DNA of 30,590 bases, taken from assembly GCA_048940925.1 (NCBI GenBank), contig JBHLOC010000047.1, forward strand, positions 4,909 through 35,498. Reading direction: 5' to 3'. The position numbers and the translations under genes were made by a program. This DNA is from Promethearchaeota archaeon. GTDB lineage: Archaea; Asgardarchaeota; Lokiarchaeia; Sigyniarchaeales; SOKP01. This document shows, one piece after another, positions 9,691 to 17,839 of the stretch (positions are counted from its first letter, which is position 1; each line of letters opens with the position of its first letter). Below the pieces are notes generated by a model. It worked only from the letters and a program-made list of their open reading frames with translations, was not told the origin of the DNA and did no database searches.

Positions 9691-11217
9691 TTAAGTCTCT
9701 CCTAGGAATTTTTGAGCAATTTTTAATAATTCTTTACTTCTTATAATTTCTATTGAGATGTTTATATAATTGGATAATATAATATCATTATTTATATGTG
9801 GTATTCTCTCACGTATGTATTTGTGGCAACTTTCAATGATTTTGCTTGATTTCAAAGGTCTTCTAAAATCAAATGCTTGCGTAGCACATAAAAGCTCAAT
9901 AGCAAGTATCTTTTCAAGATTCTCTATTATCTTTAAAGTTTTTCTGGCACTTATAGAACCCATGCTTACATGATCTTCCTGTCCTCCTCCCGTAGGAATG
10001 CTATCTGCGCTTGCAGGAAAACAAAGTGTTTTATTCTCACTAACTAGAGCTGCTGAAGTATATTGTGTTATCATAAATCCGGAATTTAAGCCAGCATTCT
10101 CTATTAAATATGAAGGTAATCCCCATTTTCCTTCAATTAACAGATAAATTCTTCTATCAGACACATTTCCAAGTTCAGAAGCAGCAAAACCTACATAATC
10201 TAACGGTAAAGCAAGGGGCTGTCCATGAAAATTTCCCCCACTATAAGTTTCATTTTCATTGAAAATAACAGGATTGTCTGTAACTGAATTCAATTCACAT
10301 AATAATCTATTATTTAAATGTTCTAATGCATCTCGAGTTGCACCGTGGATTTGTGGGATACACCTAATTGAATATGGATCCTGAACTCTTCCACAATCCT
10401 TATGTGATTCAACTAATTGAGAATCTTCTAAAAATTTTCTAATTCTTTTTGCTACAGTCAATGCACCCTTATGAGGTCTGAGTTTTATCAACTTTTCTGC
10501 AAATGGTTGAGGTGACCCTAAATAACTTTCAAGAGTTAGAGCACCTATTAGATCAGCATGATCAAGACAGTTTGATAATTTTTCTGATACTATTATTGCG
10601 TATGCAGTGATGAATTGTGTTCCATTAATTAAAGCTATTCCTTCTTTTGCTTGGAGGTTCAATGGTTTTAGATTATTTTTTTTTAATATAACATCTGTCG
10701 GAAAATAGTCTTTTCCATTCTTTGATAAATTACTTAGTCCAATTAAAGGTAAAAATAAATGAGCTAATGGAGCTAAATCTCCTGAGGCTCCAACTGATCC
10801 TTGTTCGGGAACTGATGGGATTAAATTATTATCTATATGCCAGCAAATCCTCTCAACTAGTTGTAATGAAATTCCGGAAACACCCATACATAATGCATGA
10901 ACCTTAAGTATTAACATCAGTTTTGAAACTTCTTGGCTAATAGGTGGTCCCACTCCCACGCTATGACTTTTAAGTAGGTTTTCCTGCAATTTGGAAGTTT
11001 CTTCTTTTGAAATTCTTGTAGTGCATAATGATCCAAGGCCAGTGTTAATACTATATACTAATTCATCACTATTAGCAATTGATTGGACTGCTAGAAAATT
11101 CGCTGTTATTTTTCTTTTAACATCATCAGATAAAATTCCTATTATTTGACCGCGTGAAATTTTTAAGGCTTTATCTATTGTTAATTGATCAATTCCGTAT
11201 CTGAACTTATCTACCAT
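9691..11217 (-). CDS. hutH: Histidine ammonia-lyase
   Basis: MIO-forming GSVGASGDLAPL, KEGIALINGTQ, QDPYSIRCIPQ, DNP, GGNFHGQP, QEDHVSMG. Confidence 0.97.
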   Translation of the reverse strand: MVDKFRYGIDQLTIDKALKISRGQIIGILSDDVKRKITANFLAVQSIANSDELVYSINTGLGSLCTTRISKEETSKLQENLLKSHSVGVGPPISQEVSKLMLILKVHALCMGVSGISLQLVERICWHIDNNLIPSVPEQGSVGASGDLAPLAHLFLPLIGLSNLSKNGKDYFPTDVILKKNNLKPLNLQAKEGIALINGTQFITAYAIIVSEKLSNCLDHADLIGALTLESYLGSPQPFAEKLIKLRPHKGALTVAKRIRKFLEDSQLVESHKDCGRVQDPYSIRCIPQIHGATRDALEHLNNRLLCELNSVTDNPVIFNENETYSGGNFHGQPLALPLDYVGFAASELGNVSDRRIYLLIEGKWGLPSYLIENAGLNSGFMITQYTSAALVSENKTLCFPASADSIPTGGGQEDHVSMGSISARKTLKIIENLEKILAIELLCATQAFDFRRPLKSSKIIESCHKYIRERIPHINNDIILSNYINISIEIIRSKELLKIAQKFLGET

Positions 11218-11294
11218 GTTATTTTCTCATCATTATTTATATTTGATTGATTATATTAACACGATTTTAAAATCAAAATTGGTAAAACTTTTTT

Positions 11295-13334
11295 TTATTC
11301 AAATTTATTTAACAAATCTTTAATAACATCATCCAAAAGTGTATCTTCTGCTATAAATGGTAACGTTAAATGGCCTCTCTTAGCATTCTCTGTATTCCAA
11401 TTATAAGCAGTTTGTAAAGCATGAGGATTTCTAGCCCAACTTCTTCTTGTTATACCCCCCATAACATCCCATTCAATAGCATTTTTAATAATATTATCAA
11501 CTCTTTCAGATCCATTTAAAACTAATCCAAAACCACCATTAAAACATTTTCCAATACCTACGCCACCCCCATTGGATAGAACTACATAAGCCATACCTCT
11601 AACTGCATTACCCACAAAACAATGAATTGCCATTTCTGCCATAACATTACTTCCATCTCTAATATTTGATGTTTCTCTAAAAGGTGAATCTGTTCCAGAA
11701 ACATCATGATGATCTCTACCTAACATTATTGGTCCAACCTCTCCTTGTCTCACTAATCTATTAAATTTAAGAGCGATTTCAATACGCTCTTTGGCATCAG
11801 CATACAAAATTCGAGCCTTTGTCCCAACAACTAACCTATTTTTTTTAGCATTTTTTATCCAATAATAATTATCTCTATCTTGGGCTCTTCTTTCAGGGTT
11901 AATACAACTCATGGCTGTTTGATCAGTTTTATCTAAGTCTTCTTCTTTTCCAGATAAGCATACCCAACGAAATGGACCATATCCATAATCGAAACATATA
12001 GGTCCCATAATATTTTCAACATATGATGGAAATATAAATCCTAAAGTTAGATCATTTTCGTTTTTCAAAATTTCTTTAGCCCCTGCATCAAACACAGCTT
12101 TCATGAAAGAATTTCCATAATCCCAAAAATGAGTACCTCTCCTTGTCATGATTTCTATTAACTTAAATTGTTCTCTTAACGATTCATCTACTAATTGTTT
12201 GAATCTCTCGATGTTAGTTTTGATTAATTCTCTTCCCTCCTTAAAGCTAATATGATATGGTGTATATCCTCCTTCGTAAACAGCATGGCAAGAAGTTTGA
12301 TCTGATGCAAGTTCTACTTTTATATTATTTTTAACTACATATTCCCAAAGATTCACAACATTTCCATGATAGGCAATCGATAAGGATATTCCTGAGTTCC
12401 TTGCGTCCTCTACCCAATCAAATATTTCATCTAAATCGTCTGATATCTTAGAAACCCATCCTTGTTCATATCTTGTTTTAATCCTTGATTCGTCTACTTC
12501 GGCAATAACCCCTATCCCACCCGCAATCTCTATAGCTTTAGCTTGAGCTCCACTCATGCCACCAAGACCAGATGATAAGTAAAGAATTCCTTTTAAATCT
12601 TTATCTTGTGGAATTTTAAGATATAATCGTGCAGCATTTAATAGGGTAATATAGGTGCCATGTACAATTCCTTGAGGTCCAATATACATCCAACCACCAG
12701 CTGTCATTTGACCATAATTAGCAACACCTAACGCTGCTGCTAAAGAAAAATCATCAGGATTATCAAACATTCCTACCATTAATCCATTAGAAGAAATTAC
12801 TCTTGGTGCAAGTGGCGAAGTAGGAAAAAGTCCTACAGGATGTCCTGAGGCTACAACAAGAGTGTGGGATTCAGTCATTTCTTCTAGATACATTTTTATT
12901 AGACGATATTGCATCCAATTTTGAAATACTTGTCCACTTTCTCCATATGTAACCAATTCATAAGGATAAAGTGCAACATCGAAATCTAAATTATTATCTA
13001 TCATAACTTGCATTGCTTTACCCTCAAGAGTATTTCCATTATACTCATCTACAGGTTTTGCTTTAATGTTGCCCTCAGGTCTAAACCTATAACCATAAAT
13101 TCGTCCTCTATTTATTAATTCATCTAAAAATTCTGGGGCTAATTTTTCATGCAAAGTTGATGGAATGTATCTCAATGCATTTTTAAGAGCCAATTTTGTT
13201 TGAACAGGGGTGAGTTTAAATCCCCGAGATGGAGCTCTTCTTATTCCCTCTATGAATTTTGGATATGGAGGTAGTTCCTCTGATAATTTAATTTTCATTG
13301 CTTTTGAAATATCCATAGTTTTATCTAACTCCAT
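11295..13334 (-). CDS. hutU: Urocanate hydratase, long (~670-aa) form
   Basis: YPYELVTYG, YGQMTAGGWMYIGPQGIVHGT, SGLGGMSGAQ, SDQTSCH, GPFRWVCLSG, GRDHHDVSG, NGGGVG. Confidence 0.97.
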   Translation of the reverse strand: MELDKTMDISKAMKIKLSEELPPYPKFIEGIRRAPSRGFKLTPVQTKLALKNALRYIPSTLHEKLAPEFLDELINRGRIYGYRFRPEGNIKAKPVDEYNGNTLEGKAMQVMIDNNLDFDVALYPYELVTYGESGQVFQNWMQYRLIKMYLEEMTESHTLVVASGHPVGLFPTSPLAPRVISSNGLMVGMFDNPDDFSLAAALGVANYGQMTAGGWMYIGPQGIVHGTYITLLNAARLYLKIPQDKDLKGILYLSSGLGGMSGAQAKAIEIAGGIGVIAEVDESRIKTRYEQGWVSKISDDLDEIFDWVEDARNSGISLSIAYHGNVVNLWEYVVKNNIKVELASDQTSCHAVYEGGYTPYHISFKEGRELIKTNIERFKQLVDESLREQFKLIEIMTRRGTHFWDYGNSFMKAVFDAGAKEILKNENDLTLGFIFPSYVENIMGPICFDYGYGPFRWVCLSGKEEDLDKTDQTAMSCINPERRAQDRDNYYWIKNAKKNRLVVGTKARILYADAKERIEIALKFNRLVRQGEVGPIMLGRDHHDVSGTDSPFRETSNIRDGSNVMAEMAIHCFVGNAVRGMAYVVLSNGGGVGIGKCFNGGFGLVLNGSERVDNIIKNAIEWDVMGGITRRSWARNPHALQTAYNWNTENAKRGHLTLPFIAEDTLLDDVIKDLLNKFE

Positions 13335-13479
13335 TTAATATTTAAATTATATTATTTTAAAGTGTCTAATCATTTTATGAATATCGTATAGTAAAACAAC
13401 TATAAATCATAAAAAAGTAATTTAGGTAAAGAATCTAATTTTAAAACTAAAATTGGGAGATTTTATTGAATATGTTTTA

Positions 13480-15213
13480 TTATTTTAAAATTTTAATACC
13501 TTTAATTTCTAATTTATCTAACAAATCTAAGTATCCTTTTAAATTATTTTTTTCTATGTTTAAATATTTAAGAGCTGGTAATGCTTCTAATGAGTCTGGT
13601 AACGTTGTCAGATTATTTGTTCTTAAGAATAAATATTTTAATTTTTTAAGATATCTTATCGTTGCTGGAAGTGAATTCAATCTATTATTGCCTAAATATA
13701 GATATTTTAGAGAATGCAATGAACCTATTGATTCTGGAATTTTTTCGATTTCATTATAATATAAATATAAATGTTTTAATGAAGTAAGAGAACCTATAGT
13801 TTCAGGAATTTCTATTAAATTGTTTTTTCCTAAGTCCAAAATTTCAAGTGAAGTTAGGAATCCTAAAGACTTTGGTATAGTTTTTAGTTTATTGAACCCA
13901 AGCATTAAGTTTTTTATTAAAGGAAGTGAACCAATAGTATGGGGGATATTTTCTAATTTATTTGTGGATATATCTAATTCTATAAGTGAACCAAGTGAGC
14001 CTATAGATTCTGGAAGTTCCACTAATTCATTTTTTTCCAAGTCCAGTATTTCTAGTGATGGAAGATCTCCTATAGCTTCTGTTAAGATTTCAATTTTATT
14101 ATCATGTAGATTCAATTCTTTAAGAGATTTTAATTGACCTATAGTTTCAGGTAATTTTTTTATTTTATTTATTTCAAGTATTAAAACTTCTAATTTCTGT
14201 AAGTCTCCTATTGTGTAGGGGATTTCTGTTAATTCATTACGAGCACATCTTAATATTTGAAGAGATGATAACTCACCAATCGATTCTGGTAAGATTTTTA
14301 ACTTGTTATCTGATATCTCTAATCTTAATAAAGATTTAAGGGATCCAATTGAATTTGGAAGTTTTAATAAATTATTAGATGAAACACTTAGATTTTCTAA
14401 GGATATAAGAGAACCAATACTCTCTGGTAAATAAGATAATCTATTTGATGTTAAACCTAAATATATCAAATTACTTAATTTCCCTATAGAGTTAGGAAGA
14501 CGCTCTAACTCGTTTCCTTTTAGAAAAAAAGATCCTAGTAATGACAAATTACCAATACTTTCAGGTAGAACTTTAATAAGATTGTTTCTTAAATTTAATC
14601 TTTTTAATGATGCCAATGAACCAATTGATTCAGGTAAGGTGGTTAGCTTGTTTTTACCTAAATATAAAATTTCTAATGATTTTAGAGATCCTATTGAATC
14701 TGGAAGAGAATCGAGATTATTTCCACTTAGATCTAAAGTCCTTAAATTTATTAAATTTCCTAAAGAAGATGGAATTTCACTAATTTCGTTTTCACTTAAA
14801 TCTAATAGTTCAAGAGATGAAATGTTTCCTAGTGTGTCAGGGACAGCCGTTAAGTTATTTGATTCTAGATCCAATTCTCTAAGATTAGATAACAAATTAA
14901 TAAACTCTGGTAATTTTGTTATATGATTTTCACTTAGATCTAATATTTCTAGTGAAGATAGAGCACATAATTCTTCTGGAATCGAATCTAAATTATTTCC
15001 TCTTAAATAGAATTCTTTAAGCAAAGAAAATGATTTTATTTCTTGAGGTATAGTAGAGAGTCCACAAGAAAAAAGAGATAAGCCAATAATATGATCATTT
15101 TGGACAAAATAACCAAATCTATAACGTTCTAATTCTGTTATTTCCCATATAGACTTTCCTATATGTTTCTCCAATAACTCAAGAGTTAATCTTTCATTTT
15201 CAGGAATTGTCAT
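13480..15213 (-). CDS. Leucine-rich-repeat protein, 23 tandem 23-aa LRRs
   Basis: After a ~40-aa N-cap there are 22 full repeats plus a terminal partial repeat of consensus LxxLxLxxNxLxxLPxxIGxLxx, then a short C-cap. No signal peptide, TM segment or catalytic domain is visible. Confidence 0.95.
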   Translation of the reverse strand: MTIPENERLTLELLEKHIGKSIWEITELERYRFGYFVQNDHIIGLSLFSCGLSTIPQEIKSFSLLKEFYLRGNNLDSIPEELCALSSLEILDLSENHITKLPEFINLLSNLRELDLESNNLTAVPDTLGNISSLELLDLSENEISEIPSSLGNLINLRTLDLSGNNLDSLPDSIGSLKSLEILYLGKNKLTTLPESIGSLASLKRLNLRNNLIKVLPESIGNLSLLGSFFLKGNELERLPNSIGKLSNLIYLGLTSNRLSYLPESIGSLISLENLSVSSNNLLKLPNSIGSLKSLLRLEISDNKLKILPESIGELSSLQILRCARNELTEIPYTIGDLQKLEVLILEINKIKKLPETIGQLKSLKELNLHDNKIEILTEAIGDLPSLEILDLEKNELVELPESIGSLGSLIELDISTNKLENIPHTIGSLPLIKNLMLGFNKLKTIPKSLGFLTSLEILDLGKNNLIEIPETIGSLTSLKHLYLYYNEIEKIPESIGSLHSLKYLYLGNNRLNSLPATIRYLKKLKYLFLRTNNLTTLPDSLEALPALKYLNIEKNNLKGYLDLLDKLEIKGIKILK

Positions 15214-15349
15214 GTTATTTGCTATTGTAATAATTTCTTAGTAAAAATAATATAAAAAATTCTTTAAAAAGATAATATCATACCGTAATATTTATGTTTA
15301 TCATATATTTAATTCAATAAAATTGCACATAGAATATGATATTCCAAGA

Positions 15350-15380
15350 TAAAAAGTAAAAGTAAAAAGAAATAAAAACG
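15350..15380 (-). terminator. Putative archaeal oligo-T terminator downstream of the Fe-ADH gene
   Basis: Minus strand reads CGTTTTTATTTCTTTTTACTTTTACTTTTT starting ~10 bp after the stop. Confidence 0.4.
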
Positions 15381-15390
15381 AGATTTAAAT

Positions 15391-16590
15391 TTAGAAATCT
15401 ATATCTCTTCCTTCATAAGCATAAGTAAAAAGTTTTATGTATTCTTCCTTATTAGGGGTTCTTGGGGCCATTACACCACATACGTCTTGAAAACATAAAC
15501 GGATTAGCTTATCTAGATTTTTCTCAAGATCTTCTTTATCAATTCCTAAGGCTTTTAGATTAGATATAAAATCTACTTCCCTTTGAAGTTCTTTTATCTT
15601 ATCACTAACGATAAAAGCAGCTTTCTTTTCATCATCTTCCCATTTAGCCCATCCTAACTTTTTTGCCATATCTGAACACGTTTTAATAGCATCATTAGTT
15701 TCTCCAGATGCATTCAAACAAAATTGAATAATATATGGGAGGAACAGCCCAACTGCTTGTCCATGATGAGTATGAAATACAGCAGCCAAGCTATGCCCCA
15801 TAGTATGTGCTAAATGAACTTGACTATTGCCATAAGCTAATCCTGACATGGATGCTGCTTGATGTAAAAAATCTCTTGATTCCATACTATTTCCATCCTT
15901 GAAAACAACGGGTAAATATTTAAAAATCAGCTCTATTGTTTTTAATCCTAAAGCATTGCTAAATTCATTTCTCCAACTCGATGAATATCCTTCTATTGCT
16001 TGAGCCAACGCGTCGAATGCTGTATTTACAGTTAATTTTTGAGACATACCCTTTGGAAAAATGGGATCAAGTATTGCATATGTTGAGATTAACGACGCAT
16101 GGGTAGTTCCTATTTTTCTCCATACTTCATCTTGAAATCTTGATATAACTATTGCCCAAGTTGATTCAGAACCTGTTCCTGAAGTAGTAGGTATAGTAAC
16201 CAGCTTTGCTTTATTAGCAAAATCATATAATTGTTCATTAAAAGGAGTAATATCATCCAGTGTATAATCTGGATATTCGTACATTGCCCAAATTGCCTTG
16301 GCAGAATCTATCACAGAACCGCCTCCAAGAGCAATTATCAAATCAGGACAATATTCATTACATTGTGCTTTACCTTTAATAATATCTTCTTCATGAGGAT
16401 CTGGAACAACATCATTGAAAATAGTATAATTCCTACCAAACTTATCTAACTTATCCGTTAAAATTTTTAAATATCCTATTTCTTCAATAACTTTATCAGT
16501 AACAATAAAACATTTATTTCCCTTTATATTTTCAATGTATTCTAGAGAATCTTCACCATATATTATATTTGGGCTATAAAAATGCCACAT
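15391..16590 (-). CDS. Iron-containing (type III) alcohol dehydrogenase
   Basis: ALGGGSVIDSAK, IPTTSGTGSE, AILDP, DALAQAIE, HTMGH...HHG. RBS AGGTG 8 nt upstream of ATG. Confidence 0.93.
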   Translation of the reverse strand: MWHFYSPNIIYGEDSLEYIENIKGNKCFIVTDKVIEEIGYLKILTDKLDKFGRNYTIFNDVVPDPHEEDIIKGKAQCNEYCPDLIIALGGGSVIDSAKAIWAMYEYPDYTLDDITPFNEQLYDFANKAKLVTIPTTSGTGSESTWAIVISRFQDEVWRKIGTTHASLISTYAILDPIFPKGMSQKLTVNTAFDALAQAIEGYSSSWRNEFSNALGLKTIELIFKYLPVVFKDGNSMESRDFLHQAASMSGLAYGNSQVHLAHTMGHSLAAVFHTHHGQAVGLFLPYIIQFCLNASGETNDAIKTCSDMAKKLGWAKWEDDEKKAAFIVSDKIKELQREVDFISNLKALGIDKEDLEKNLDKLIRLCFQDVCGVMAPRTPNKEEYIKLFTYAYEGRDIDF

Positions 16591-16713
16591 TTTTTTTCCA
16601 CCTTTTAATTTATTTCTTGAATTTGAAAAAATTGATTTTTTTATTTATGTTAATAATATTTTCAATTTTATTAAACTTAATAAAAAGTCAAAACCATAAA
16701 TCAAAAATTAAAT

Positions 16714-16735
16714 ATATGATTTAACTAAATCATAT
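16714..16735. promoter_or_regulatory. Perfect inverted repeat, candidate transcription-factor operator
   Basis: ATATGATTTA-AC-TAAATCATAT (10-bp arms, 2-nt spacer) between the divergent Fe-ADH and SCP2-like genes. Confidence 0.55.
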
Positions 16736-16771
16736 TTTTTTAAAATTTAGGAAATTAGGTGAGTAGAAAAA

Positions 16772-17179
16772 ATGGAAGAAAAAGAAAAGGAAAATCTTTT
16801 TATTACTTTTCAACAAACAATTGAAAGTATAATAAAGGATAAGAGAAAAAATCCAAAAAATGAAAAAATGGTAAATAATTTTGATGCGAAAATAAACCTT
16901 GGGCTGCAAATTGAAGATGATTTTTATTTTTGGCTAAATTTAATAGCAGAAAAAGGAAATTATACTCTCAAAAGGGGAAAATTAGATGAATATGACTTGG
17001 AAATATTAGTCACTCCAGAAGATTTATTATATTTTACAAATGGAGAAAATTCAACGCTTCATATGGTATTTAAAAAGAATAGATTTGGAGATAAGAAATT
17101 ACGGTTTTCAAAAGGTTCAGATGGTAAACATCATCTTGATATTCTACTAAAATTCCCTAAAATTATTGTGTTGGATTAA
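16772..17179 (+). CDS. Hypothetical protein, probable SCP2 (sterol carrier protein-2) fold
   Basis: 135 aa. The pattern helix, INLGLQ, WLNLIAEKGNYTLKRG, YDLEILVTPEDLLYFTNGENS...KLRF resembles SCP2 topology. RBS AGGTGAG upstream. Confidence 0.6.
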   Translation: MEEKEKENLFITFQQTIESIIKDKRKNPKNEKMVNNFDAKINLGLQIEDDFYFWLNLIAEKGNYTLKRGKLDEYDLEILVTPEDLLYFTNGENSTLHMVFKKNRFGDKKLRFSKGSDGKHHLDILLKFPKIIVLD

Positions 17180-17198
17180 AACTTGAGACAACAGCGTT

Positions 17199-17825
17199 TT
17201 AATATTTACTTTGAATCTTTTTATTTTTCAAGATATAATAATAATTGAATTGGTTAATCTCCTGTGAATGCTTTTGTTTTTGAAATAAATTTACTTCAAT
17301 TTCTTTTGTCTTTTTATTAATAACTAATTCTACAAAGGAAGGATTACCACTTGCTATAAAAGACCATGCTCCAGTTGCACTTCCAGGATTAATTAGTAAA
17401 ACACCTTTTTTTGTTAGAGAAATTTCTTCTTTATGCGTATGTCCAGATATTAATATTTGATAACTATTTTCAATAGCAAGTTTTTCTAACTGAGATTGAT
17501 CTCCCCTTGGTTTTATTTGTGCTCCATGAGTTAAACCTATAATTAGTTTAGAGTTATCTTCAAGAATAATTTTTAATTGTTGATACATAGGAAAATCTCG
17601 ATTTCCAAAATAATAATCCATGTTTCCCATAACTATAAAGAAATCATTTTTAGTTTTTAATTTCAAATATTCTATTAGCTCGGGATAATTAATAATATCT
17701 CCTGTAAAGAAAGTATAATCGAATATTTCTTCGTTCGATAAATCATTTAATTTATTATAAAGTTGTTCAGGGAGATCTTTTGCTCTATTAGGTATGTGTG
17801 AATCCCCAATACATAAGATTCGCAT
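17199..17825 (-). CDS. Vps29-like / YfcE-family metallophosphoesterase
   Basis: GDSHIPNR..LP, TGD, GNMD, IGLTHGAQIKPRGD, ILISGHTHK, INPGSATGAW, PSFV, closely following the eukaryotic Vps29 motif series. Confidence 0.9.
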   Translation of the reverse strand: MRILCIGDSHIPNRAKDLPEQLYNKLNDLSNEEIFDYTFFTGDIINYPELIEYLKLKTKNDFFIVMGNMDYYFGNRDFPMYQQLKIILEDNSKLIIGLTHGAQIKPRGDQSQLEKLAIENSYQILISGHTHKEEISLTKKGVLLINPGSATGAWSFIASGNPSFVELVINKKTKEIEVNLFQKQKHSQEINQFNYYYILKNKKIQSKY

Positions 17826-17839
17826 AATGTTCTAACCTA

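Noticed and set aside
13466-14926. Three plus-strand ORFs with repeated EPIDSG-like motifs
   Set aside because: Antisense shadows of the LRR gene; their periodicity mirrors the LPESIGSL codons.
13480-15213. 69-bp DNA periodicity as a CRISPR array or a diversity-generating retroelement target
   Set aside because: The repeats are degenerate and in-frame coding. There are no identical direct repeats with spacers, and no cas or reverse transcriptase gene in the window.
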